From assembly GCA_017434525.1 (NCBI GenBank), contig JAFRFD010000060.1, positions 2,287 to 66,286 of the forward strand: a stretch of DNA of 64,000 nt, given 5' to 3'. Every line of letters begins with the position of its first letter. The stretch's first letter is position 1. Of the stretch, positions 30,292 to 39,557 are shown piece by piece. The notes under the pieces were generated by a model. The model saw nothing but the letters and a program-made list of their open reading frames with translations, was not told the DNA's origin and searched no databases. Origin of the DNA: Methanobrevibacter sp. Its GTDB lineage: Archaea > Methanobacteriota > Methanobacteria > Methanobacteriales > Methanobacteriaceae. Both the position numbers and the translations under genes were made by a program.

Positions 30292-31173
30292 CTAAGTAAA
30301 CAAAAGATATAAAAAAGAAACGATATAAATCACGATTATGATACTTACAACGATTTTGTTCGGGCATGATTTTTTAACTAATAAAGAATTATAATCGTTT
30401 TCGTTTGTACAAGATCGCCTTATTTGCTTGATTTTTTTCGAAGATTTATTACGAACGATAGTTTTAGAAAATAAAGATATGATCAGTATTATTGCGAGGT
30501 AGGAATAAGAAAGAATATCTGCTATAGTGGAAAACTTAGCAGCTGACATTCCTATCAAAGATGCAATAGGGTACTTTAGTTGAAGAAGAATAGTAGGTGC
30601 ATTACAAAGCACATCTATCAACAAAATGATTATAGCTATATCCCAGATTTTATAATAAAGATAATATAGAACAGGGAAAAAGAATGCTCCTAATGAAAAC
30701 CCCCACTTTGAATTGTTGTCGTTCTGTTTAAGAAATGATCTTATGAATGACGGGGATGTAGGACCTAGATATACTAACCAATCCCTAATAGGAATACCAT
30801 CTATTTTGGCATCTGCACTTATCTGCTCAACTTCGATAACTGTAGCAGATTCTTTTATTGGAAAAACAGTATTTGAATTATTAAGAAGATTACCGCATTT
30901 GCTGCAATATTTCGAAAAAGGTTTATTTACTTGTCCACAATAGCGACAAATATTTTCTTTATCTTTATCATTGTCTATAGCAGAAGGGAATACTGCCGTA
31001 TCTTGTTTATCTGAAGTCCATTCAAAAACGCCATGTTTATCGTAATTGGCACATGAATTATGCTCCATATAGCACGTTCTGTGATGCGGTGTACCGCATT
31101 CAGGACATACTACTATATCATCCGTGGATAAAAATACTTTTCCACAATATGGACATTTATTGCCTTCGAACAT
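30292..31173 (-). CDS. Prokaryotic RING-finger + zinc ribbon + DUF2628-like membrane protein
   Basis: CPYC..DDIVVCPECGTPHHRTC...C, then CRYC..CSKC, then a multi-TM region with GAFFF..LY.LYYK. Confidence 0.7.
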   Translation of the reverse strand: MFEGNKCPYCGKVFLSTDDIVVCPECGTPHHRTCYMEHNSCANYDKHGVFEWTSDKQDTAVFPSAIDNDKDKENICRYCGQVNKPFSKYCSKCGNLLNNSNTVFPIKESATVIEVEQISADAKIDGIPIRDWLVYLGPTSPSFIRSFLKQNDNNSKWGFSLGAFFFPVLYYLYYKIWDIAIIILLIDVLCNAPTILLQLKYPIASLIGMSAAKFSTIADILSYSYLAIILIISLFSKTIVRNKSSKKIKQIRRSCTNENDYNSLLVKKSCPNKIVVSIIIVIYIVSFLYLLFT

Positions 31174-31299
31174 TGATCTTATAACACCTTTCTAAAATCG
31201 ACTTCTTATATCTTACTACAATGTTATTAACAAAACTACTTTTCATTTATGGATAACTTCGTTAAAATGAACATGTTATTCTAATTCGGAGAGACTGAT

Positions 31300-32412
31300 A
31301 TGATACTTTTAGATGAATATAAATTTCGCTTTCAAAATGCAAAAGATGCTGCAATGGATGTTATTTCATCTGTTGATGTTGATGCGATAAATGAGGAATT
31401 GACCAAAATCGATTCAATAATTTCAGAACCAGATTTTTGGAATGACACAAATAAAAGCAAGGAAGTGTTTGCCAGACAATCTGAATTGAAGAGCAGACTC
31501 GCCAAAAAAGAGTCGCTTGAGAGAAAAGCAGATGACTGCGAAGCAATGATTTCCATTATAGAGGAAACAGATGATGAATCACTGGTAGAAGAACTCGTTA
31601 TTCTTCTTGAAGATTATGAATCTACAGTGACTACTATAAGGATGGATCTGTTGTTATCCGGCGAATATGATAAGAATAATGCCATTCTTACAATTCATGC
31701 CGGAGCTGGAGGAACAGAAGCCCAGGATTGGGGACAGATGCTTTACAGAATGTATGTGAGATGGGCAGAACGCCATAAATTCTCGACTAAGGTACTTGAT
31801 TGGTTGGACGGTGACGAAGCAGGTATAAAGTCTGTTTCCGTTCTTATTTCAGGTGAAAACGCCTATGGATACTTGAAAGGAGAAAACGGTGTTCACAGAT
31901 TAGTCAGGATCTCTCCGTTTGATGCTTCTGCCAGACGACATACGTCTTTTTCTTCTGTCGAAGTCATGCCTGAGATAGGTAAAGATGTTAATGTTGATAT
32001 ACGGGATGAAGATATACAAATGGATGTATATCGTGCCAGTGGTAAAGGTGGCCAAAAAGTTAACAAGACATCATCTGCAGTACGTTTAACGCATATTCCT
32101 ACAGGTATCGTTGTTTCATGCCAGGTTGAACGCAGTCAATATCAGAATAGAGATGTCTGTATGCAGATGCTCAAAGCAAAACTTATTGAGATAAAAGAAA
32201 GAGAACATCTGGAAAAGATAGAAGATATTAAAGGCGTTCATATGGAGATAGCATGGGGGAGTCAAATACGAAGCTATGTTTTCATGCCATACACTATGGT
32301 CAAAGATCACCGTACTAATTTTGAGACAGGCAATGTAACTGCAGTAATGGATGGAGATCTTGATGGATTCATCAATGCCTATCTTGTTATGAAAAGTAAA
32401 GAAAACAATTAG
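31300..32412 (+). CDS. prfB: Peptide chain release factor 2, uninterrupted ORF
   Basis: GAGGTEAQDW, SPF tripeptide anticodon, GGQ and WGSQIRSY motifs. Confidence 0.96.
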   Translation: MILLDEYKFRFQNAKDAAMDVISSVDVDAINEELTKIDSIISEPDFWNDTNKSKEVFARQSELKSRLAKKESLERKADDCEAMISIIEETDDESLVEELVILLEDYESTVTTIRMDLLLSGEYDKNNAILTIHAGAGGTEAQDWGQMLYRMYVRWAERHKFSTKVLDWLDGDEAGIKSVSVLISGENAYGYLKGENGVHRLVRISPFDASARRHTSFSSVEVMPEIGKDVNVDIRDEDIQMDVYRASGKGGQKVNKTSSAVRLTHIPTGIVVSCQVERSQYQNRDVCMQMLKAKLIEIKEREHLEKIEDIKGVHMEIAWGSQIRSYVFMPYTMVKDHRTNFETGNVTAVMDGDLDGFINAYLVMKSKENN

Positions 32413-32511
32413 TTTGTATAAAAAATGTAATCTTTTATTGTTTATGTTATATAAATTTAGCTATGTATATTCATAAATTGTTAACACAATCATAGAATCC
32501 GATTTACTTTG

Positions 32512-32540
32512 TTGACAAGTCGCTTTAAAGCGATGATAAT
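32512..32540 (+). promoter_or_regulatory. Sigma-A promoter of the liv leader/operon with a palindromic spacer
   Basis: TTGACA-17-GATAAT; the spacer holds the perfect palindrome TCGCTTTAAAGCGA (32520..32533). Confidence 0.75.
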
Positions 32541-32570
32541 AATTTAAAATTCGATAAGGATATTTTGATT

Positions 32571-32654
32571 ATGAGTTTTAGTCTCGTTCTTGTAGTAGTT
32601 ATTATTCTGCTCCTTGTTGTAGCGGATAATTTTTACTGCGCCGAGCTAAAATGA
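32571..32654 (+). CDS. Putative BCAA-sensing attenuator leader peptide MSFSLVLVVVIILLLVVADNFYCAELK
   Basis: AAGGA SD-like sequence, ATG, 13 consecutive L/V/I codons and TGA; lies between the promoter and a terminator upstream of livK. Confidence 0.8.
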   Translation: MSFSLVLVVVIILLLVVADNFYCAELK

Positions 32655-32668
32655 AGTGGTTTTGAAAC

Positions 32669-32705
32669 AAGAAACCCGAGGCGAGGCGCCCCGGGTTCTT
32701 TTTTT
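32669..32705 (+). terminator. Attenuator terminator upstream of livK
   Basis: AACCCGAGGCG-agg-CGCCCCGGGTT GC-rich stem (one mismatch) followed by CTTTTTTT. Confidence 0.85.
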
Positions 32706-32734
32706 CTAAGTTATTAATTTATGGAGGAATCACC

Positions 32735-33940
32735 ATGAAAAAATTCTTTTCTTTAGTAGCAATGCTTTTGGTATTTGCTATGATGCTTGCTTCCTGCGGG
32801 TCTGGAAGCCAAGATCAACCACAACCTGATTCAGGGAATACAGATCCTTCTCCTGATTCCGGTACAACTACAGAGAAAATTCTTAGAATTGGCGGAACCG
32901 GCCCTTTGACTGGTGACTATTCAAACTATGGCATTTCTGTTCGAAATGGTGCTCAGATTGCTGTCGATGAGATCAATGCTGCAGGTGGTGTCAATGGAAT
33001 GACTTTCTATCTTGACATGCAGGATGATCAGGGCGATCCTGACAGTGCAGTAGCTGCATATGGAAAACTGATTGATAATGGAATGCATGTTTCTATTGGT
33101 GCTGTTTTCTCAGGAGCTATGGCAAGTGTTTCTCTTGCTGCAGTAGAAGACGATATATTGCTGATTTCTCCTTCTGCTTCTAACGATGCATGCATTGGAT
33201 CTAACGATAAAGCATTCCGTATCTGTTTTACAGACTCTTCTCAGGGGAAATTCAGTGCTGATTATATTAAGGACCATAATCTTGCTGATGAAGTAGCTGT
33301 TCTTTATCAGAGCGACCTTGACTATTCATTCGGTCTTTATGAATCGTTTGCTGCAAGAGCAGAAGAACTTGGTCTAAAGATCTCTTCAGTTCAGACATTC
33401 GATGACAGTACGAAAACTGATTTCTCTACACAAGTAAACGCAATTAATGCTAGTGGCGTAAAACTGGTTTTCATTCCTATTTATGCTGCTGAAGCTTCTA
33501 CATTCCTTTCTCAGGCAAAAGGTAAGCTTTCTGATGATACTCTATATTTCGGATGTGATGGCCTTGATGGAATTCTGACAAAAGTGGAAAATGATGTTTC
33601 TCTTGCTGATAATGTTATGGAGCTTACACCTTTCTCAGCAGATGATAAGGATTCAAGAGTACAGAGTTTTGTCGCAAAATATCAGGATGCATATAATGCT
33701 ACTCCGGACCAGTTTGCTGCAGATGCTTATGATGCAATATATGTGTATAAAGCCTTAATTGAAAAAGGAAATATTACAGACCCAGAAGATTGCTCCGGCG
33801 AATATCTTGCTTCGCTGATGACCGAGATAGAAATTTCTGGTATTACAGGAACCATGACATGGCTTGCAAATGGTGATACGGAGAAAGATGCAAAAGCCAT
33901 GATTATTAAGGATGGCGTTGCTTCCTTGTATGAAGGATAA
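32735..33940 (+). CDS. livK: Branched-chain amino acid ABC transporter substrate-binding lipoprotein
   Basis: Lipobox LASC; IGGTGPLTG, EINAAGGVNG and FRICFTDS.QG motifs (LivJ/K family). Confidence 0.9.
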   Translation: MKKFFSLVAMLLVFAMMLASCGSGSQDQPQPDSGNTDPSPDSGTTTEKILRIGGTGPLTGDYSNYGISVRNGAQIAVDEINAAGGVNGMTFYLDMQDDQGDPDSAVAAYGKLIDNGMHVSIGAVFSGAMASVSLAAVEDDILLISPSASNDACIGSNDKAFRICFTDSSQGKFSADYIKDHNLADEVAVLYQSDLDYSFGLYESFAARAEELGLKISSVQTFDDSTKTDFSTQVNAINASGVKLVFIPIYAAEASTFLSQAKGKLSDDTLYFGCDGLDGILTKVENDVSLADNVMELTPFSADDKDSRVQSFVAKYQDAYNATPDQFAADAYDAIYVYKALIEKGNITDPEDCSGEYLASLMTEIEISGITGTMTWLANGDTEKDAKAMIIKDGVASLYEG

Positions 33941-33947
33941 GTATTGT

Positions 33948-33988
33948 AAAATAGATATCCACCTGGAATCAGGTGGATATCCTATTTT
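33948..33988 (+). terminator. Intergenic stem-loop between livK and livH (partial terminator or mRNA stabiliser)
   Basis: GATATCCACCTG-gaat-CAGGTGGATATC followed by CTATTTT. Confidence 0.65.
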
Positions 33989-34005
33989 GTAATTTAGGAG
34001 TACTG

Positions 34006-34884
34006 ATGAATCAATTAATTCAAACATTGATAAGCGGATTGAGTCTAGGCAGTATATATGCGTTGATTGCACTTGGATATACCATGGTTTATGGTATTGC
34101 GAAAATGCTTAATTTCGCTCATGGCGATATTATCATGGTTGGAGCTTATACATGTATTTGGGCAACCAGAGCACTTGGTGTTTCTCCGATCCTTGGTGCA
34201 CTTATCTCAATAGTTGTATGTTCAATGCTGGGTATTACAATTGAATCTTTAGCATATAGACCGCTTAGACAGGCACCGCCATTGGCTGTTCTTATTACAG
34301 CTATTGGTATAAGTTATCTTCTACAAAATCTGGCATTGTTGATCTTTGGTAGTGAACAGATAGGGTATCCAACTGTTGTTAACATACCTAACTTTTCTAT
34401 AGGAGAAATAACTGTAGATGGTAAAGCGGTATGTACACTTATAGTTACGTCTCTTATTATGATCGCTCTTCATCTGTTTGTTAATAAAACAAGAATAGGG
34501 AAGGCAATGAGGGCCGTTTCAGAAGATAAGGATGCAGCTCAACTTATGGGTATTGATGTTAATAAAACTATTACAATTACATTTGCTATAGGAAGTGCAC
34601 TTGCAGCTGTCGCAAGTATATTCTATGGAAGTGTATATGTATTCATTAGACCTAATACTGGATCAATGCCTGGAATTAAAGCTTTTACTGCTGCAGTTTT
34701 TGGCGGTATCGGTTCTATACCAGGTGCAATGCTTGGAGGAATATTATTAGGAATCATTGAGCAATTAACTAAAGCATATGTTTCTACACTGATGGCCGAT
34801 GCAATTGTATTTGGAGTGCTTATACTTGTTCTTATTATTAAACCTACCGGATTACTTGGAACCAAAGATCATGAGAAAGTGTGA
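34006..34884 (+). CDS. livH: BCAA ABC transporter permease LivH
   Basis: GSIYALIALGYTMVYG, NFAHG and GGIGSIPGA motifs; AGGAG SD. Confidence 0.93.
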   Translation: MNQLIQTLISGLSLGSIYALIALGYTMVYGIAKMLNFAHGDIIMVGAYTCIWATRALGVSPILGALISIVVCSMLGITIESLAYRPLRQAPPLAVLITAIGISYLLQNLALLIFGSEQIGYPTVVNIPNFSIGEITVDGKAVCTLIVTSLIMIALHLFVNKTRIGKAMRAVSEDKDAAQLMGIDVNKTITITFAIGSALAAVASIFYGSVYVFIRPNTGSMPGIKAFTAAVFGGIGSIPGAMLGGILLGIIEQLTKAYVSTLMADAIVFGVLILVLIIKPTGLLGTKDHEKV

Positions 34885-34888
34885 GAAG

Positions 34889-35905
34889 ATGAAATATAAC
34901 AAAAAGATTTTTACTTCTGATTATATGACTTTGGGACTTGTTATCATTGCATATGCTGTTACTGCCTATATGGTCTATTCAGGATCTGCAAGCAGGCAAA
35001 TGACCAATATGCTAATTTCTCTTTCCTGCTATATAGTCATGGCTTTATCATTGAATCTTGTTGTCGGATTGCTTGGAGAGCTGTCATTGGGACATGCGAG
35101 TTTTATGTCAGTAGGTTTATTTTCGGGATGTATGTTTTCAATTTATATGCTTGATTCATTTCCCGATATGGAGTTGTTTTTTAGATTGCCGTTATCGATG
35201 ATAGTAGGAGGGCTTTTTGCCTCTGTATTTGGCCTATTTGTTGGTCTTCCTGCTTTACGTCTTGACGGAGACTATCTGGCGATTGTTACTCTTGCATGCG
35301 GCGAGATTATTAAATCAGTTATTACAAATTTAAAAATAACAGGCGGAGCGAGAGGACTTGATACAAGCACAATTTATTCCAAAACAAAAGTACTTCTTCC
35401 TTATGCATTTGTTCTTGTAATCATTACTATTTTAGTTATGATGAACTTAAAAAAATCCAAATATGGACGCGCAATTCAGTCTGTGAGAGACAATAAGATT
35501 GCTGCTGAATCTTGTGGAATAAATGTTGTACAGCATAAACTTTCTGTTTTTGTTTTAAGTGCCTTTTTTGCTGGTTGTGCTGGCACATTATATGGGCACA
35601 ATTTTGCTAATGTTAAAGCTGCTTCTTTTGACTACAACCTTTCAATTGAATTCCTTCTCCTGGTTGTTTTCGGAGGTCTAGGATCCGTTAGAGGTTCTGT
35701 TATAGCAGCAATAGTACTTAAAACATTACCTGAAGCATTGAGAGGATTTGATGATTATCGAATGCTTGTTTATTCATTGATGCTTATCTTCATTATGCTA
35801 TTCAATTCTTCTCATATTTTTGACGGCTTCAAACGCTTATTTAGTTTAGAAAAGGCAATTATGTCACTGAAAAAAAGAACAAAATTGGAGGGTAAAGATG
35901 GCTGA
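34889..35905 (+). CDS. livM: BCAA ABC transporter permease LivM
   Basis: GELSLGHASF, LRLDGDYLAIVTL and GGLGS motifs. Confidence 0.92.
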   Translation: MKYNKKIFTSDYMTLGLVIIAYAVTAYMVYSGSASRQMTNMLISLSCYIVMALSLNLVVGLLGELSLGHASFMSVGLFSGCMFSIYMLDSFPDMELFFRLPLSMIVGGLFASVFGLFVGLPALRLDGDYLAIVTLACGEIIKSVITNLKITGGARGLDTSTIYSKTKVLLPYAFVLVIITILVMMNLKKSKYGRAIQSVRDNKIAAESCGINVVQHKLSVFVLSAFFAGCAGTLYGHNFANVKAASFDYNLSIEFLLLVVFGGLGSVRGSVIAAIVLKTLPEALRGFDDYRMLVYSLMLIFIMLFNSSHIFDGFKRLFSLEKAIMSLKKRTKLEGKDG

Positions 35906-36746
35906 GAAAAAATCCGGATCCAATCTTGTTGAGTATCCAAGTGGTGCATATATTCCTGAAAGAGATATTGATACGATGCCTGTTTTGGAAGCGCATCATA
36001 TCGGTATAGATTTTGGTGGATTGACTGCAGTAGATGATTTTTCCTTAACAATTGGAGCTACTGAAATTGCTGGATTGATAGGTCCAAATGGTGCTGGAAA
36101 AACTACTGTTTTCAATCTTCTTACAAATGTTTACCAACCTACCCGTGGAAATATTATGGTAAACGGATATAACACTACAGGCAAAAGCACATACCAGGTA
36201 AGTATGATGGGAATAGCCAGGACATTTCAGAATATACGTCTTTTCTCAAACTTATCTGTTATAGATAATGTCAAAGTAGGACTGCATAATCATATAAATG
36301 AAAATCTGTTTACTTCTATAGTTCATTCATTTGGATATAAAAAAGCAGAGAAAGAAGCAGAAGAAAAATCACTTGAACTTCTGAAGTTTTTTGATCTAGA
36401 TAATATGGCACGTTCTTCTGCAGGAAGTCTCCCTTATGGTGCCCAGAGAAGGCTCGAGATTATTCGTGCTTTAGCTACTAACCCTAAAGTATTGCTTCTG
36501 GATGAGCCAGCTGCAGGAATGAATCCTCATGAAACTGCTGAATTAATGGAAAACATTATTAAGATTCGTGACACATTCAACATTGCAATTATTCTTATTG
36601 AACATGATATGAATCTGGTTATGGGTATCTGTGAAGGAATATGCGTTATGAACTTTGGAAAAATCATAGCCAAAGGCAGTCCGGATCAGATAAAGAATGA
36701 TCCTGTTGTTATTGAAGCATACCTCGGGAAAAAGGAGGAATCATAG
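35898..36746 (+). CDS. livG: BCAA ABC transporter ATPase LivG
   Basis: GPNGAGKTT, ARTFQNIRLF, LPYGAQRRLE and EAYLG motifs. Confidence 0.94.
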   Translation: MAEKKSGSNLVEYPSGAYIPERDIDTMPVLEAHHIGIDFGGLTAVDDFSLTIGATEIAGLIGPNGAGKTTVFNLLTNVYQPTRGNIMVNGYNTTGKSTYQVSMMGIARTFQNIRLFSNLSVIDNVKVGLHNHINENLFTSIVHSFGYKKAEKEAEEKSLELLKFFDLDNMARSSAGSLPYGAQRRLEIIRALATNPKVLLLDEPAAGMNPHETAELMENIIKIRDTFNIAIILIEHDMNLVMGICEGICVMNFGKIIAKGSPDQIKNDPVVIEAYLGKKEES

Positions 36747-36749
36747 CTA

Positions 36750-37463
36750 ATGGCAAATGAGCTTTTATTAGTAAATAATATAAACTCTTATTACAACACT
36801 ATTCATGCCTTATATGATGTCTCTTTCCATGTTGATGAAGGTGAGATTGTTACTTTAATAGGAGCAAATGGAGCAGGAAAATCTACTACTTTAAAAACTA
36901 TATCTGGGCTCATGAGGACTCAGACTGGAGGCATAATTTTTGACGGAAAGGATATAACAAAATATCCGGCTTATAAAATCGCTGAAATAGGGCTTGCTCA
37001 TGTTCCGGAAGGAAGAAGAGTTTTTTCTCATTTAACAGTTCTTGAAAACCTGGAAATGGGTGCTTATACGCAACCAAAAAGTGAGTTATCAAATGCTTTG
37101 GAGAAAGTTTATTTCTTATTTCCCAGACTTAAAGAAAGAATGAAACAGGTGGCTGGAACATTATCCGGTGGAGAGCAGCAAATGTTGGCTATGGGCAGAG
37201 CATTGATGTCTAAACCGAAATTAATGATGCTTGATGAACCATCGATGGGATTATCTCCGATTCTCGTACAAGAAGTGTTTGATATTATCAAAGATCTGCA
37301 TAATGAAGGAACCACTATCTTATTAGTTGAACAAAATGCTCAGATGGCACTTTCTATTGCTGACAGAGGATATGTACTGGAAAGTGGCAAAATTGTTATA
37401 GAGGATTCAGCAGATAGACTAGCAAATAATAATCTTGTAAAAAAAGCATATTTAGGTGGATAA
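36750..37463 (+). CDS. livF: BCAA ABC transporter ATPase LivF
   Basis: GANGAGKS, VPEGRRVF, LSGGEQQM and VEQNA motifs. Confidence 0.94.
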   Translation: MANELLLVNNINSYYNTIHALYDVSFHVDEGEIVTLIGANGAGKSTTLKTISGLMRTQTGGIIFDGKDITKYPAYKIAEIGLAHVPEGRRVFSHLTVLENLEMGAYTQPKSELSNALEKVYFLFPRLKERMKQVAGTLSGGEQQMLAMGRALMSKPKLMMLDEPSMGLSPILVQEVFDIIKDLHNEGTTILLVEQNAQMALSIADRGYVLESGKIVIEDSADRLANNNLVKKAYLGG

Positions 37464-37465
37464 GA

Positions 37466-37502
37466 AAATGGATAACAGGAAGAAATACCTGTTATCCATT
37501 TT
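37466..37502. terminator. Bidirectional terminator after livF
   Basis: AAAATGGATAACAGG-N8-CCTGTTATCCATTTT. Confidence 0.85.
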
Positions 37503-37514
37503 AATGTGTCTAAA

Positions 37515-38480
37515 TTATCTTAGGTGACGTAATCTTAAATCATCTCCCAAACAGGGAAGTATTCTAAAACATCCTATTATTCTTGATGTGATCTTATCTC
37601 CATATCGAGCTTGTATTTTTGAAGCGTCATCAATATTTGAAGTAATTATTGTTGCTTTGTTCTCTGATAATCTGGAGTTAATAATATCATATAATATCGC
37701 ATTATAATAACTGTTGATATACTCACTTCCAAGATCGTCCAGTATAAACAGGTCACATCTTTTAATGGAATTAAGTGTAGGAGAGTACTTATTTGCAGAT
37801 CTTTCAGAATCTATAACCTGAAGTATGTTTGAACAAGAGCAGTATATTACTTCGTAACCTTCATTAAGAAGACAATTTGCAATAGAAAGAGCCAGATGCG
37901 TTTTACCGATTCCAGTTTTTCCCATCAATAAAAGATTGTTTGCGTTCGGGAAATGATTTGCAAAAGAAAGACACTCATTATAGTTGTCTTTCATGACTTC
38001 ATATACAGAAATACCATTTTTCTTTTCTTTTGAATATAAATTAAGATCGAATGTATCAAAAGAAGATAAAGAAAGGGGAGATACATTTTGAATCTTATTT
38101 AATTCATAAGATTTCATCAAAGATATTTTACATTTGCATTGTGATCCGTCACGTAGAATTCCTGTATCTTTACAAATGTTACAAGTATACTGCTCGGCCA
38201 GATCTTTAGTGCTAAAACCGTATTTTTGCAAAACAGAATCTATTTCATTTGATATTTTTTGTATTTCAGAATTTAGTTCATCGATTTTCTCTGTATCATT
38301 CAATAATGTTGCTCTCATTTTTTGTAGATTTAGATTTCTTCTAAACACTTCAAGATCCGTAAAGCCTTCGCACTTCACATTAATTTCTTCTCTGATTTTT
38401 ACTGTTTTCTGTGCATTGACTTCGCGACGAAATTCCAATACGCTTTCTGCATATTTTTGAGCTTCTTCAGAATAGGCCAT
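37515..38480 (-). CDS. DnaC/DnaI-like replication helicase-loader ATPase
   Basis: Zn motif CNICKDTG..CKC, GKTGIGKT, LDDLGSE, TIITSN and GDDLR. Confidence 0.85.
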   Translation of the reverse strand: MAYSEEAQKYAESVLEFRREVNAQKTVKIREEINVKCEGFTDLEVFRRNLNLQKMRATLLNDTEKIDELNSEIQKISNEIDSVLQKYGFSTKDLAEQYTCNICKDTGILRDGSQCKCKISLMKSYELNKIQNVSPLSLSSFDTFDLNLYSKEKKNGISVYEVMKDNYNECLSFANHFPNANNLLLMGKTGIGKTHLALSIANCLLNEGYEVIYCSCSNILQVIDSERSANKYSPTLNSIKRCDLFILDDLGSEYINSYYNAILYDIINSRLSENKATIITSNIDDASKIQARYGDKITSRIIGCFRILPCLGDDLRLRHLR

Positions 38481-38486
38481 TTATAT

Positions 38487-39359
38487 TTATCCTTGTTTTT
38501 TCTTAAGTATTGTTGCAAATAGTGGAGATAGATCCCCATTTGAATTATTATCAGAAATGTTCACAGGAACATCTCTTGTATCACTGATTTTCTTATATCC
38601 TTTTTGGTACCAACTTTTAAGGACAGTGTTTATGTAAGGGATAGTTGCATCTGGCTTTCTTAAAAGAACTTCTGACACAAATGCTTTGTCATATGAAAAA
38701 TCTTCCATCCAAGAAGAGATTATTTTTCTTTGTTTTCTGGTAAGATCATCTGATGAAATGGATAACACCTGTGAAATTTCTTTAATATAAGCATCATTAT
38801 TTTCCATTCTTTTAATTTGACTATCATACTCAGATTCTTCTTTGATCCCAAGATTATTCCATTCTCTTGCTGAATATAAAGTTTCATTTAGAACCTTTTT
38901 ATTTGGTACTCTAGTGATCCAAAATGATTCAAGAATTAAGATAGCATATACAGATGGAAGAAGATTTTGGTATATCTCTATGAGGACTCTGCTGTCACTA
39001 ATAGGTAGTTCTCGTCCCAGAATTTGTTGAGATTCCTGCAATAGAACAGATATTTCAGGATTAAGAAGTACAGCTTTGGACATTTCATCATGAGACAATT
39101 TATTTGTCTTTTTTATAACGTTTTCAGATGATACTTCTTTTATGTTTTCAATTAGACCATTTTCTTCCCAGAAAAGGAGAGCACGGTTTATTGCTTCATC
39201 CGAAATAGGAAGATTCGATCTAAGTTCATCAATAGATACTTTTTCATATATAAGCATATAAATCGCAACTTTTAAAGCAGCTCCATCCGCATTAATAAAG
39301 GATTCTATCAATGCCGATGGAAGCCGATTATATATGATTTTCTGCTTAAGTTGATACAT
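38487..39359 (-). CDS. DnaD/DnaB-domain replication protein
   Basis: wHTH-like N-terminus (AL.FWEENGLI) and YINTVLKSW..KG DnaD motif; adjacent to the loader ATPase; promoter TTGACG-17-TATAAT upstream. Confidence 0.75.
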   Translation of the reverse strand: MYQLKQKIIYNRLPSALIESFINADGAALKVAIYMLIYEKVSIDELRSNLPISDEAINRALLFWEENGLIENIKEVSSENVIKKTNKLSHDEMSKAVLLNPEISVLLQESQQILGRELPISDSRVLIEIYQNLLPSVYAILILESFWITRVPNKKVLNETLYSAREWNNLGIKEESEYDSQIKRMENNDAYIKEISQVLSISSDDLTRKQRKIISSWMEDFSYDKAFVSEVLLRKPDATIPYINTVLKSWYQKGYKKISDTRDVPVNISDNNSNGDLSPLFATILKKKQG

Positions 39360-39474
39360 CTGAATACAATCCTATTTGAAGTGTTTTAATTATAAAGTCA
39401 TAAAGTGTACTCGTCAATTTATGAATTATTATTACTTGAAAAAGGGATTATAAGTATATATAATTTCACATAGT

Positions 39475-39548
39475 GCGGGTGTAGTTCAATGGCAGAACAT
39501 CAGCTTCCCAAGCTGAATACGTGGGTTCGATTCCCATCACCCGCTCCA
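39475..39548 (+). tRNA. tRNA-Gly(CCC)
   Basis: Anticodon arm TCAGC-TT-CCC-AA-GCTGA; ends TCCA; promoter TTGAAA-17-TATAAT at 39436..39464. Confidence 0.96.
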
Positions 39549-39557
39549 TATATTGTA

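Noticed and set aside
32545-32705. T-box riboswitch interpretation of the liv leader
   Set aside because: No AGGTGGNACC T-box sequence or Stem I motifs; the region is short and is explained by a leader ORF.
37515-39359. Prophage or IS21 (IstB) origin for the DnaD/DnaC-like pair next to tRNA-Gly
   Set aside because: No integrase, IstA, att duplication or other phage genes; the pair is the usual clostridial chromosomal replication module.
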